Below, one piece after another: positions 1 through 10,653 of a stretch of 64,000 nt of DNA (the first letter of the stretch is position 1; each line of letters opens with the position of its first letter). Origin of the DNA: a virus (taxonomy: Duplodnaviria; Caudoviricetes); IMG/VR virus record IMGVR_UViG_3300022695_000065, positions 5,937 through 69,936 of that record; one strand, 5' to 3'. The translations under genes were made by a program, and so were the position numbers. Under the pieces are notes generated by a model that saw only the letters and a program-made list of their open reading frames with translations, was not told the origin of the DNA and did not search any database.

Positions 1-3000
1 TCTGCATTAAATAATGCAGTTAGTTCTGGGCCTTTTAATATATGGGTTGCTTATGCTGATGATGCTTTAGGAACTGGTATAACTACTAACCCTATTAATA
101 AAAGTTATATTGGTTTAGCTAATAATCAAACTACAAATATAGTAAATACATCAAACCCAAGCGTTTTTAACTGGTCATTAATGCGTGGAACTCCAGGTTT
201 AGATGGTGTAGTAGGTTCTAATGGTACTAATGGTATTCCAGGACTTAATGCTTATATTCATCAAGCATACGCTGATTCAGCTAATGGAGCTACAAATTTT
301 AATTTTACTACTGGTAAATATATTGGAATACTAACTAATAATACATCTACAGTTTCAAATTTATATAGTGACTATACATGGAATATTCTACAAGGAACAG
401 GTACTCAAGGCTTACCTGGTTTAGTAGATATTCAATTACCTACTGTACCAACTAATCTACAAGCGTTTGTAAATCAAAATACAGTTAGGTTGACATGGGA
501 TACCCCACCTTATTCAGGACATTGGTACACTAAAGTATATAGAGTATTATGGGATGGGTCTAACTTAGTTAATTTTAGTGAAACTTTTCTAGTAGCAGAA
601 GCAGGAGCTGATTTTATTGATGTTGGTTTATTATCTAATCAAAACTATTTATATTGGGCTAGACATGTAAATTTAAATTCAGTAGCATCTGTTCTTGCTA
701 ACAGTGGTGCAGGATTACAAGTAATTACTCTTACCTCTCTTATAGATACATTTAATTGGGTAGATACTGCCCATCTTAAAGCAGCTATAAGAACTAGATT
801 AGATAATATAGATACTACTTTAATTGATGGAAAATTTGGATTATTAGGTGCTCATGTAGCATTAAAAACTTCACATGATTTACTTAATATAAGTCAAAAT
901 AATTTATCGAATACTGTAGGTGATGTTAATTCAGGATTAATTAAAGCTCATAATGATTTACAGATAGCTCATAATTTATTAAGTACAATTGTTGGGGATA
1001 ATGTTGGTGGTTTAGTACAATTATCTAATAGTTACGGCACTAGAATAACTACAGTAGAAACAAATTCTACCACTAATATAACTAGATTATCTTTACTTGA
1101 AGCTAGTACAAAACCTTTAATAGATTCATGGGCAGGACCAGCAGTTACTTTAGCTCAGAATGAAAATTTAACTACTGCTACTTTTAATATTACTCTAAAT
1201 GCTACACAAGATACTCAAGGATTACTTTTATTACAAATAACTAATGGTAATTTAGGTTTTCATGTAGCATTTAATGGAGTTGAAATAACAGAAATAACAG
1301 GATTTATAGGAGCATCCGCTACTATTGCATGGTATAATTTTGCTGTTGATGTAATATATGATGAAATTAATTCTACTGGTTTAAATATTATAAAAGTATG
1401 GTCTGATGATTTTGACCAACCTATAATTAATAAAATAGAATTAAGAAAAGGATTAGGTGGAGCATATAGTAGAATAGCTAGTTTAGACAATTTAACTAGT
1501 ACACAAGCTGTTAAATTATCTTCTTTAGGTGTTTGGGGAGGAACTTCATATTCAACTATAGATTCTCTATTAAGTGCTAAAGCAGATCACACTACAAAAT
1601 TAAATTCATTAGGAACATTTACAGGTAATTCATTTTCTGTAATTGATAATTTAAACCAAACAGATATAAATAATGCCAGTGCTATTACAGCTTTAACTAC
1701 TACAGTTAATACTGCTAATGTTAATTTAATGATTAATTTTAATTTTGAAGGTACAAATATTAGTCATCTTGTTACTGGAGTTATTGATACTGTTATTTTT
1801 GAAAGTGGATTAAAATCATTAAAAATATCTACGGGGAATCAATTTGCAGAAATATGGATACAAGAAACTATAGATGGATTCTCTAGTTTTACTGCTGGAC
1901 AAGCTTATACAATAGGTTTCTGGGGTAGAAACTCTGATAGTAATCCTAGAACATTTGGTTACCCTGACAGTGGATCAGGATATGGTAGTATAACTATACC
2001 AGCTAATTCCATTACATGGACATGGTACACAACAACTTTTATAGTACCTCTTGGATTTACTACTAAAACTGATATAAATGGTATTAGTTATTGGCCTTTT
2101 GAATTATTATCTTCAACTATTGCATGGGTAGGCCAAGTTAATTTAGATCGTGTTGTATTAATAAGAGGCAATCAAACACTTAATGGTTCAGAAACATTTA
2201 CTACTAATGAAGCAGCAGCAGCTTCTGCATCTGCCATTGATGCTTTAAATACAAAAGTAAATACTGTAAATGGAATTCTTACTCCTTTAGCCAGTCATAC
2301 AGCAAGTCTTGGTACATGGACTGGTACTGGTTATGCTTTAATAGAAACTCATAGTTTTAGTTTAGGAGGATTACAAGCGCAGAAAACTATTAAAATAGAT
2401 GTTAATGGTAATATAGCTGGTTACGGTTTAGCTACCACTACAAGTGATTCTGGCAATATAACCAGTGCATTTACTGTATTAGCTAATCAATTTAGTATAG
2501 CTAATCCTACTATAAGTAATCCTTTAGGATTTTCAACCCCATTTCTTGTATCAGGTGGTGTTGTAACAATGGATACTGCTTTTATACAAAATCTTACTGC
2601 TTCTAAAATAACAGGAGGCACAATAGGTGCTAATGATATATTTATAGGAAGTAATAATTTAGCTATAAGAGGAGCTAAGTTTGGTGTTGGTAAAGGTTCT
2701 ATAGTAGCTAACGATGGTATTAATGATATACTTACATTAGGATTTATTGATTCAACTAACATTGGATTATTAATTAAAGATAATACTGGTAGCACAGTAT
2801 TTAAATCTTCTGTAGATACAGCTAGTGTTATAAGAAATACATCACAACAATGGGTTGATATAGGAGGTATTGGTAAACCTATCGATAATGCTGATGTAAC
2901 TGCAAATAATACTGCTGCTAATATAGCAGGACAAGGAGCACTTGCTACACAAAATAATATTGCACTTACTACACAAGTAACAGGTTTTCTTAATTCAGCA

Positions 3001-5469
3001 AATGCAGACGCAGGATTAATTAATTCAAATATATTTCTTTTAGCTAACGGAACTTTAACAGGTGCTGGTGGTGGAATTATTAATGCATTGAATCTTTTAA
3101 ACGGACCAGCAGTACCCGGAGCTGATGTTTCAGGTACTCTTTCCATCGTCGGCTCCACTGGAATGACCCTAGTCGGAAATACAGTTGAGAAGACAGGGGG
3201 CGTAACTGCTGTATGGGATGAGCAGGTTTATTCTACAAACCCCTTTACAGGTGGTGCTGTCGTGTCGTTCAAAGCGGCACAGGATAATAAAGGTTTGATG
3301 CTGGCGCTTAATACCGATCCTTTATTCGATGCTAGCTTTACTTCACTCGATTATGCTTTCTTCTTAACCACAGCAGCGGCAGTTATAATTTATGAGAACG
3401 GCTCTAGTGTAGGGAATTTCGGGGCTTATAATACCCTCACTGAATTCTCAATTATCTATGACGGTTATAATGTAAAATATTATAAAGATGGGATCGCTGT
3501 AAGGACAGTAACTGCTGGGATAGGTAAAATATTTTACCTTGATAGCAGTTTCAGTGACATAGGGGCAAAAGTAACACACATTCAATTTTTACCTTATAGT
3601 CCCTCAGACTGGAACGCATTTGATAGTCGCCCCCTCGAACTCACCGATGGTCGTGTGGCTGCGGGGCTTAGTTCGCTCGGTTTCCTTGATTTTTCAAGAA
3701 CACATATTAACAAATCTCTAGCCAACGTTGATCTTGCCCAAAATACAAAGCTCACGGGGATAGCTCCCTTAGCTACAGTTGGAGCCACAGTTGGAACAAA
3801 TATATTAAATGCTGACGGGACTAATTTGAATCAAGCAGCTTTATCCGCTGGCAGTATTTATGTATTTGAGAGGGAAAAGACCTATAGTCTATCCGCTAAT
3901 GATGGGCAGTCCATTACAGACACGGCGGCAACTATAGGAAAGGCACTGCAAATATGGTCCGGATGGACGGCTAATGTAACTCTTAGTAATTCCACCTTAT
4001 CCAATATTGATCTGTCTTTGGTCATAGGAAAAAAATATCGTATTCTTATACGCGCGAGATCAGTTGGCTCGATTAATTTATCTAATATGACTTTTGGGAT
4101 TTATAATGCCACTCAATTAAATTTTCCGATAAGTACCAATTTCGTAGGGAAAGGCTTATCTGTCCCATATCAAGTGTTTGATATGGGGATATTTATTTCA
4201 GATTGGCTATCCACAGATATGGTGATAACTTACTTTATAAACAATGATCTGAATGTCGGGCATAGTGCTGCAAATTCATTTGTTATTGACTGGATTCATT
4301 TTCAAGAGGTTGACGCCTCTGTTGGGGCCACTGTTGGGGCCAGGCAGGGAACAAACCTATTCAAGTCTGATGGCACTTCCGCCTATACAACAGGAGAGAT
4401 TGAAAACAGTAGAATAGCCCTCGATGCAAACGGTGTCCCAATCAACACCGGCATCACAGTTCCTGTTGAAAATGCTCATACCACACCAGCAGATATTGGA
4501 TATACCGGTGCATTAAATGCAAATTACATCACAAATTCTAATCAATTAATTGATGGTGCAAATTGGGGTGGGACAGCTACATGGGCAACAGTAATAAATA
4601 GACCAACTAACTTAGCAGGGTTAGATAGCCCAGCTAGTGTAAAATTAGGATTAATTTATACCGGAGTTGGTGCATTTTCTACTTTAGTTGGAACAATGAA
4701 TGCTACTAATATTTCTACTTATATAACTGGAGCAGCTATAGGCACAGCTTTAATTAAAAATGCAGCTATTACAAATGCTTTGATTGCAGATGCTGCGATT
4801 AGTAATGCTAAAATACTTGATGGAACTATACTTAGTGCTAAAATAGGAGTAGCTCAAATATTAGCTGCTAATATTGGCTTACTTCAAGTAACTAATGCAC
4901 ATATTGCAAATCTTACTGTTGATACTCTTCAGATTAAAGATGGAGCAATTACAACTCCAACGCAAGTACTTACTCCTTCAACTCAAGTTACTGCTAAGAC
5001 AGGTGCCATTTATCCAGTTTGGTCAGTTAACAGTGCCTATAACACTGGAGCTAAAGTTAATTATAACAATAATGCCTATATAGCTCAGACATTTATAAAT
5101 TCAGGTGGTTCTGATCCAGCCGCTGGTGGAGCTTGGTCATTTTTATCTACTTACCCTATTTCTGATGATCCCTTCCAAGCCATGTCACCTATTACAAGTG
5201 CGTTCCTCGCTAACACAGCTAGTGAGATTTTTGTCTCTATTGACTCTACAGCGAATTACAAATGGGATATTATTATTACTGATAACTCCGATGTGTTTAT
5301 TGAAACATTGGGTTCAGGCTTAGGAAGCGTGGGGAGACTGAACCTTTTTTTTGCGAAGATATATTCATTGGCTATTACACGAAAAGTTAAATTTCGGGCA
5401 TTATCTATATTTGGGGAAATAAACGCCTTCCTAACTACTGATATAATTTTACTCCAATGGAAAAAATAA
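1..5469 (+). CDS. Large mosaic tail fibre / host-specificity protein, 5'-truncated (frame is open from base 1; ORF track starts at 181)
   Basis: Frame 1 reads SALNNAVSSGPFNIWVAYADD... without a stop into the called ORF. Contains collagen-like GxxG repeats, an FN3-like segment (PTVPTNLQA..VRLTWD), a lambda-J/DUF1983-like segment (IKIDVNGNIAGYGLAT..FTVLANQFSI), lectin/CBM-like modules, AxITNAxI repeats and a ChtBD3-like module. Confidence 0.85.
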   Translation, partial: SALNNAVSSGPFNIWVAYADDALGTGITTNPINKSYIGLANNQTTNIVNTSNPSVFNWSLMRGTPGLDGVVGSNGTNGIPGLNAYIHQAYADSANGATNFNFTTGKYIGILTNNTSTVSNLYSDYTWNILQGTGTQGLPGLVDIQLPTVPTNLQAFVNQNTVRLTWDTPPYSGHWYTKVYRVLWDGSNLVNFSETFLVAEAGADFIDVGLLSNQNYLYWARHVNLNSVASVLANSGAGLQVITLTSLIDTFNWVDTAHLKAAIRTRLDNIDTTLIDGKFGLLGAHVALKTSHDLLNISQNNLSNTVGDVNSGLIKAHNDLQIAHNLLSTIVGDNVGGLVQLSNSYGTRITTVETNSTTNITRLSLLEASTKPLIDSWAGPAVTLAQNENLTTATFNITLNATQDTQGLLLLQITNGNLGFHVAFNGVEITEITGFIGASATIAWYNFAVDVIYDEINSTGLNIIKVWSDDFDQPIINKIELRKGLGGAYSRIASLDNLTSTQAVKLSSLGVWGGTSYSTIDSLLSAKADHTTKLNSLGTFTGNSFSVIDNLNQTDINNASAITALTTTVNTANVNLMINFNFEGTNISHLVTGVIDTVIFESGLKSLKISTGNQFAEIWIQETIDGFSSFTAGQAYTIGFWGRNSDSNPRTFGYPDSGSGYGSITIPANSITWTWYTTTFIVPLGFTTKTDINGISYWPFELLSSTIAWVGQVNLDRVVLIRGNQTLNGSETFTTNEAAAASASAIDALNTKVNTVNGILTPLASHTASLGTWTGTGYALIETHSFSLGGLQAQKTIKIDVNGNIAGYGLATTTSDSGNITSAFTVLANQFSIANPTISNPLGFSTPFLVSGGVVTMDTAFIQNLTASKITGGTIGANDIFIGSNNLAIRGAKFGVGKGSIVANDGINDILTLGFIDSTNIGLLIKDNTGSTVFKSSVDTASVIRNTSQQWVDIGGIGKPIDNADVTANNTAANIAGQGALATQNNIALTTQVTGFLNSANADAGLINSNIFLLANGTLTGAGGGIINALNLLNGPAVPGADVSGTLSIVGSTGMTLVGNTVEKTGGVTAVWDEQVYSTNPFTGGAVVSFKAAQDNKGLMLALNTDPLFDASFTSLDYAFFLTTAAAVIIYENGSSVGNFGAYNTLTEFSIIYDGYNVKYYKDGIAVRTVTAGIGKIFYLDSSFSDIGAKVTHIQFLPYSPSDWNAFDSRPLELTDGRVAAGLSSLGFLDFSRTHINKSLANVDLAQNTKLTGIAPLATVGATVGTNILNADGTNLNQAALSAGSIYVFEREKTYSLSANDGQSITDTAATIGKALQIWSGWTANVTLSNSTLSNIDLSLVIGKKYRILIRARSVGSINLSNMTFGIYNATQLNFPISTNFVGKGLSVPYQVFDMGIFISDWLSTDMVITYFINNDLNVGHSAANSFVIDWIHFQEVDASVGATVGARQGTNLFKSDGTSAYTTGEIENSRIALDANGVPINTGITVPVENAHTTPADIGYTGALNANYITNSNQLIDGANWGGTATWATVINRPTNLAGLDSPASVKLGLIYTGVGAFSTLVGTMNATNISTYITGAAIGTALIKNAAITNALIADAAISNAKILDGTILSAKIGVAQILAANIGLLQVTNAHIANLTVDTLQIKDGAITTPTQVLTPSTQVTAKTGAIYPVWSVNSAYNTGAKVNYNNNAYIAQTFINSGGSDPAAGGAWSFLSTYPISDDPFQAMSPITSAFLANTASEIFVSIDSTANYKWDIIITDNSDVFIETLGSGLGSVGRLNLFFAKIYSLAITRKVKFRALSIFGEINAFLTTDIILLQWKK

Positions 5470-5470
5470 A

Positions 5471-6211
5471 ATGATTGAAGGAACGCTATATAATAACAAA
5501 ACAGGCGAAGCAATATCTAGTTACCACGTCAGTGATCAAGGGCAATTAGCGGCTCAAGTATCTTCGGCAGATCATTCTATGCTTATTAGCCCAGTGGCTG
5601 ATAATGAGTATGTTGACCTTGCTACTACAACTGTAAAAGTAAAAGTTCCTTTCATAATTACAGCAGATAAAACTGATATATTAAATGATGGGACTGATGC
5701 TGCTACACTAACCCTACCGGACCCCTGCTGGATAGAAATCCATAATGTTTTAATACAGGTAACTGGTGGCAGTCATACAATTACTTCTGCTGTTCCCGAC
5801 ATGATAGCAGTGGAATTGAAGGGAGCTTATAGTGGAACTATTATTATTGTATCCCACAGTTTAGTTTCTGCTAAAACTAGCAAAGCAACTGAAATTCAAA
5901 ACAATTATCTCATTGCCCTGCACAGTGGATTTACCTATGCAGGCAATACCTATGACAGTGATGAAACCAGCATGAATATGATTTCTGGTGCAGCAGGAGA
6001 AGCAGCAAGATCAGGTGTGCCTGCAGGATTTGTATGGAAAACACAGAATAATCAACTAATCCCAATGAGCAAGGCTAATTTGAACGGATTAGCTGCTGCG
6101 ATGTTCGCGCATATTAATACTTCATTTGGGGTCAAGGAAACTAAAAAGGCTCAGCTTGCCAGCCTAACCCTGTTGGCGGATGTTTTAAATTTTAACACTA
6201 CGATTGAATAA
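5471..6211 (+). CDS. Tail fibre assembly/chaperone protein with DUF4376-like C-terminus
   Basis: Directly follows the fibre; C-terminal GFTYAGNTYDSDETS..FVWKTQNNQLIPM pattern typical of DUF4376. Confidence 0.7.
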   Translation: MIEGTLYNNKTGEAISSYHVSDQGQLAAQVSSADHSMLISPVADNEYVDLATTTVKVKVPFIITADKTDILNDGTDAATLTLPDPCWIEIHNVLIQVTGGSHTITSAVPDMIAVELKGAYSGTIIIVSHSLVSAKTSKATEIQNNYLIALHSGFTYAGNTYDSDETSMNMISGAAGEAARSGVPAGFVWKTQNNQLIPMSKANLNGLAAAMFAHINTSFGVKETKKAQLASLTLLADVLNFNTTIE

Positions 6212-6512
6212 AATAATGAATAAAATTATAACATGGCTTGAACACAAAGCTTTAAATCATGCTGCTATAGTATTATTAAGTATGTACCCATTTATTAAAT
6301 TCAATGAACTGATTGGATCAAATGAGTGGGCAGCAGCTTTTATGTTAATATTTATATATTATTCCAGAGAAGTTACATCAGCTCAAAAATCAGGTAGAGA
6401 TGTAAAAGCATTCTGGCCGGGTAATTGGCCTACTAATCATGATAAGCTGCAAACTCTTTATTTAAGTATTGTAGCTCTATTATGGGCCTTCATATATAGC
6501 TTGATGCTTTAA
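6204..6512 (+). CDS. Hypothetical membrane protein
   Basis: Three hydrophobic stretches; overlaps the previous stop codon. Confidence 0.55.
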   Translation: MNKIMNKIITWLEHKALNHAAIVLLSMYPFIKFNELIGSNEWAAAFMLIFIYYSREVTSAQKSGRDVKAFWPGNWPTNHDKLQTLYLSIVALLWAFIYSLML

Positions 6513-6593
6513 GCTCTCTGTGATAGAGTTTGAGCCAAGTCCACAGTCGGAAAACATTAATAATACATAACCAATATAGAAAGAGTATATAAA

Positions 6594-6851
6594 ATGAATC
6601 AAGATAATAATAATGATATTATGCAAGCTAATGCAAATACAACAAATTCACAAAGTAGAGCTTTTGAATTAATATCTCAAATTTCATATGAAAGAGATAA
6701 TTATAAAGAAACTATTCTACAATATGAAAAGGTTATGAAAAGTTTAGCTACTATATTAAATATTGAAGATAATACTCCTCAAGCTATTTCTAGTGAAATA
6801 CAAAAACTTAAATCATCACAATTATCAATGAATTTAAATAATGTAGAGTAA
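6594..6851 (+). CDS. Hypothetical coiled-coil protein
   Basis: ORF with a purine-rich upstream sequence; heptad-like composition. Confidence 0.55.
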   Translation: MNQDNNNDIMQANANTTNSQSRAFELISQISYERDNYKETILQYEKVMKSLATILNIEDNTPQAISSEIQKLKSSQLSMNLNNVE

Positions 6852-6858
6852 TACAATT

Positions 6859-7041
6859 ATGTTTAAATATATTAAACAAATATGTAAATCATGGACTATT
6901 AATTTTGGTTTACTATTACAAGTAGTAGCAATATTACAAACATATATTAATGGATTAGGTAATCCTGAACTTACAGCAGGTATAGGTATTATAGTAATAT
7001 TATTAAGGTTTAAAACAACTAAAGCGGTGCATGAAAAATGA
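6859..7041 (+). CDS. Putative holin (two TM helices)
   Basis: 60 aa, two hydrophobic segments, basic C-terminal tail, first gene of the lysis cassette. Confidence 0.6.
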   Translation: MFKYIKQICKSWTINFGLLLQVVAILQTYINGLGNPELTAGIGIIVILLRFKTTKAVHEK

Positions 7042-7319
7042 GTATTATATTAAGTTTTATAATGAGTCATATAAGTTCTATCCTACCTTCTATACTAGTA
7101 GTAGTAACTGGCTTATTTGCTATGATTAAAACCAATCAACTAAAAAATGAAAGAATTAAAAGTTCTTTAGTTACTAAAAAAGCTGAAGGTGAAAAGAAAA
7201 GAGCAGATATTGCTGTTAATGCAATTAAAATAATTAATAATAGTAATATTAAAACAAAGAAAGATATTAAAGATGCTATTAAAAAAGCTAAGCTTGATCG
7301 TACTGATTTCTTTAATTAA
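7038..7319 (+). CDS. Putative i-spanin (Rz-like)
   Basis: N-terminal TM segment followed by a charged helical domain; overlaps the downstream lipoprotein gene. Confidence 0.6.
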   Translation: MSIILSFIMSHISSILPSILVVVTGLFAMIKTNQLKNERIKSSLVTKKAEGEKKRADIAVNAIKIINNSNIKTKKDIKDAIKKAKLDRTDFFN

Positions 7320-7542
7320 TGGATGTACTTCTGCACCTATAGCAATACCTACTGTAATTCCAGTACAGAAAGCACCTGTACCTATATTACCTGCATTAAC
7401 ACCAGAACAAAAAAATTCTATTAGAGAAGATGTATTTATAATTTTAATACAAAGAGAATTACTCCTTAAAGAAGAAATAAAATTACAAGATAAATTAATA
7501 GATAATCATAATAATAGTAGTAATCCAACTATTGTTAAATAA
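7273..7542 (+). CDS. Putative o-spanin (Rz1-like lipoprotein)
   Basis: Signal peptide with lipobox LING-C followed by a Pro-rich linker; 47-nt overlap with the i-spanin gene. Confidence 0.7.
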   Translation: MLLKKLSLIVLISLINGCTSAPIAIPTVIPVQKAPVPILPALTPEQKNSIREDVFIILIQRELLLKEEIKLQDKLIDNHNNSSNPTIVK

Positions 7543-8017
7543 TTACTTTATTGAGATTACATATATCCCATGAACTATAAAATTTATCTTTAGTAGCAGC
7601 TCCGTATTTAGTATTATATATTCTTTTATAATATTTCCATATAGCTTCTTTATCAGTATGATAAGGAAGTTTTTCTTTATCCATAGAATATTTTAATCTA
7701 GCCATAGCGCAAGCATACATAGGACTAGTTATTAAATGATTTATTATTTTATTTATTGATTTAAGAGAATGTATGTCTAACATAAATTCTTTATTTTTTA
7801 ATGCGTCACTATTAGTATTAATATCAGCACATGTATCTGGTTCCATTTGCCATATACCTTTAGCTGGCCCATATACTTGAGATATATAATAACCACATCT
7901 ACTTTCTATAGCAGCAGTAGCTAGTAATAACATAGAAGCATCCTTACTATTATAGTTACCATTCATATATATTAGTGTTGGTTTAATAATAAAATCTAAT
8001 AATTGTTGGCTATCCAT
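7535..8017 (-). CDS. Putative endolysin (lysozyme-like/lytic transglycosylase fold)
   Basis: LLLATAAIES (catalytic Glu) ... GPAKGIWQMEP motif; adjacent to the holin/spanin genes. Confidence 0.65.
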   Translation of the reverse strand: MDSQQLLDFIIKPTLIYMNGNYNSKDASMLLLATAAIESRCGYYISQVYGPAKGIWQMEPDTCADINTNSDALKNKEFMLDIHSLKSINKIINHLITSPMYACAMARLKYSMDKEKLPYHTDKEAIWKYYKRIYNTKYGAATKDKFYSSWDICNLNKVII

Positions 8018-8105
8018 ACAGTTATCCTATAAATAATTATTTACTTATACTTAATTATGTATAATAATAGTATAGTTATATTTAAAATAGATCAAGGTAT
8101 TACTA

Positions 8106-10259
8106 ATGGAAGCTATTACTGATTCAAATAATAATATTAATCAGAATAATTTCAGTAATGAAGAAGATAATTTAAATACAGTTCCAAAAAAATTAACTAA
8201 TTGGGCTAATGAGCCAACTGTATTTAATTTTAAACAGGATTTAACAGATGCTTATTCAGATACTTATACTCATATAGATAAAATTGATAAATGGTTAGAT
8301 TATTTAAATATAACTGGCAATGTTAGAGTAAAAAGAACTAAAAATAAATCTAGTATAATGCCTCAACTTATACGAAAACAAGCTGAATGGAGATATGCTT
8401 CATTAACAGAACCTTTTCTTAGTGCAAGAGATATATTTGATATTAATCCAGTTACATATGAAGATAAAAAAGCTGCTATACAAAATGCATTAGTTTTGAA
8501 TAACCAATTTAATACTAAAATAGATAAAGTAAGATTTATTGATGATTATGTTAGAACTGTAGTAGATGAAGGTACTGTTATTGTTAGAGTTGGTTGGGAA
8601 TATGAAGAAAAAGAAATAAATAAAGAAGTATCTGATTATAGATTTGATCCTATAAATAACCCTCAACAAATACAACAAATACAACAAGCTAGCCAATTAT
8701 CTAATTCTGACCCAGCAACTTTTAACCAATTGCCTGATAATGTAAAAGAAAGTGTAAAAGCAAGTATATCTAATAATACACCTATTATAGCTACTCAAAT
8801 TGGTTCACATATTGAAAAAGTTATTAAAGTAATTAAAAACTCTCCCACAATAGAAGTAGTAAATTATAGAAATATTAGTATTGACCCAACTGCTAAAGGA
8901 GATATAAATAAAACTGGATTTTTAAGTTATAGTTTTGAAAGTTCTTTATCAGCTTTAAAAAAAGATGGTAAATATCATAATTTAAATTTAATTAATACTG
9001 TTAATAATTCTATTCTAACTGTACCTAATCATACTAGCACTGATCAAAGTAATTTTAATTTTACTGATAAACCAAGGAGAAAATTTGTAGTATTTGAATA
9101 TTGGGGAGAATGGGATATTGAAGGGGATGGGGAAGTAGAACCTATTGTTGCTTCATGGGTTGGAGATGTATTAATTAGATTAGAAAGAAATCCATTTCCA
9201 GATCAAAAAATACCTTTTGTTATAGCTCAATATTTACCTGTACGTAGGTCTATGTATGGTGAACCTGATGGTGCTTTACTTAAAGATAACCAGGAAATAG
9301 TAGGTGCTGTTACTAGAGGTATGATTGATACTATGGGTCGTAGTGCTAATGGACAAATGGCTATACGTAAAGATGCTTTAGATTTAACTAATAGAAGAAA
9401 ATTTGATAAAGGGTTAGATTATGAATTTAATGCCGGAGTAGACCCAAGACAAGCTTTTTATATGCATACTTATCCTGAAATACCTCAATCAGCTCAATTT
9501 ATGTTAAATTTACAAAATAATGAAGCTGAGAGTCTTACTGGAATTAAAGCATTTAGTTCTAGAGGTATTACAGGTAATGCACTTGGAGATAGTGTAGGAG
9601 GTATTAAAAGTGCTATGGATGCTGCTGCTAAAAGAGAATTTGGCATTCTTCGTAGATTAGCTAATGGCATTAAACAAATAGGTAGAAAAATAATTAGTAT
9701 GAATGCTGAATTTTTATCCGATGTAGAAGTTATTAGAATAACTAATGAAGAATTTGTAAAAGTACGTAGAGATGATTTACCTGGTAATTTTGATTTAATA
9801 CTATCCATAAGTACCCCAGAAGCTGATAATGAAAAAGCTTCAGAATTAGCTTTTATGCTACAAACTATAGGTCAAACAATGGGACCAGAGTTTAGTCAAA
9901 TTATATTAAGTGATATAGCTAGATTAAGAAAAATGCCTGATCTTGCTAAACGTATTGAAAAATACCAACCTCAACCTGATCCATTAATTCAGGAAAAAGC
10001 TAAATTAGAAATAGAATTATTAAAAGCTAGAGTACAAGGTGAATATGCTAAAGCTCAAGAAAATGCTTCATTAGCTGAATTAAATAAAGCTAAAACTAGT
10101 AATACATCCAGTGATACTGATATGAAAGATTTAAATTTTGTAGAACAACAAACTGGTACTACACAAGAAAGAGCACTTCAAAAACAAGGAGAACAAGCTA
10201 GAAGTAATATACAATTAAAAATGGTTGAAAATAAATTAAACCAACATAAACCTAATTAA
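8106..10259 (+). CDS. Portal protein (N4 gp59-like)
   Basis: KLTNWANEPT, QLIRKQAEWRYASLTEPFL and NEAESLTGIKAFS motifs; size and position upstream of the capsid gene. Confidence 0.9.
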   Translation: MEAITDSNNNINQNNFSNEEDNLNTVPKKLTNWANEPTVFNFKQDLTDAYSDTYTHIDKIDKWLDYLNITGNVRVKRTKNKSSIMPQLIRKQAEWRYASLTEPFLSARDIFDINPVTYEDKKAAIQNALVLNNQFNTKIDKVRFIDDYVRTVVDEGTVIVRVGWEYEEKEINKEVSDYRFDPINNPQQIQQIQQASQLSNSDPATFNQLPDNVKESVKASISNNTPIIATQIGSHIEKVIKVIKNSPTIEVVNYRNISIDPTAKGDINKTGFLSYSFESSLSALKKDGKYHNLNLINTVNNSILTVPNHTSTDQSNFNFTDKPRRKFVVFEYWGEWDIEGDGEVEPIVASWVGDVLIRLERNPFPDQKIPFVIAQYLPVRRSMYGEPDGALLKDNQEIVGAVTRGMIDTMGRSANGQMAIRKDALDLTNRRKFDKGLDYEFNAGVDPRQAFYMHTYPEIPQSAQFMLNLQNNEAESLTGIKAFSSRGITGNALGDSVGGIKSAMDAAAKREFGILRRLANGIKQIGRKIISMNAEFLSDVEVIRITNEEFVKVRRDDLPGNFDLILSISTPEADNEKASELAFMLQTIGQTMGPEFSQIILSDIARLRKMPDLAKRIEKYQPQPDPLIQEKAKLEIELLKARVQGEYAKAQENASLAELNKAKTSNTSSDTDMKDLNFVEQQTGTTQERALQKQGEQARSNIQLKMVENKLNQHKPN

Positions 10260-10284
10260 TCTCTATTACTTAAATAAATAAGTA

Positions 10285-10653
10285 ATGAGGACACAATATA
10301 GAAAGATTATAATTATGAATAATAATGATATTAAACAAATTGAAATTAGTATTGAAGAAGCTAATATTGCTGTAAAATTAGCTAAAGCTTTAGTACGTCT
10401 TGAAAAAAATAAAGATTTTAAACAAGTTATTACTGAAGCATATTTTAAAGAAGATGCACAAAGACTAGTATTACTTAAAGCTGCTCCCGCAGCACAAGAA
10501 GAACGTATTCAAAAAGCTATTGAAAGTGATATGAATGCTATTGGTTCATTATTTCAACATTTCCATAAAATTAAGCAATTAGGCTCAATGGCAGAAAAAG
10601 AGTTAATATCTGCTGAAGAAGAAAGATTAGAACTTATTGAGGAGGATGAATAG
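10285..10653 (+). CDS. Conserved N4-like head-region protein (gp58-like); true start possibly 10315
   Basis: Position between portal and gp57-like gene; ALVRLEKNKDFKQVITEAYF pattern. Confidence 0.65.
   Translation: MRTQYRKIIIMNNNDIKQIEISIEEANIAVKLAKALVRLEKNKDFKQVITEAYFKEDAQRLVLLKAAPAAQEERIQKAIESDMNAIGSLFQHFHKIKQLGSMAEKELISAEEERLELIEEDE

Noticed and set aside
2487-3158. Long antisense ORFs (also 14732-15172, 23301-23831, 44408-44872 and others)
   Set aside because: These are shadows of well-supported genes; AT-rich codon bias leaves the antisense frame open, and there is no RBS or motif support.
181-5469. Diversity-generating retroelement acting on the tail fibre
   Set aside because: No reverse transcriptase and no template/variable repeat pair are visible in the window.
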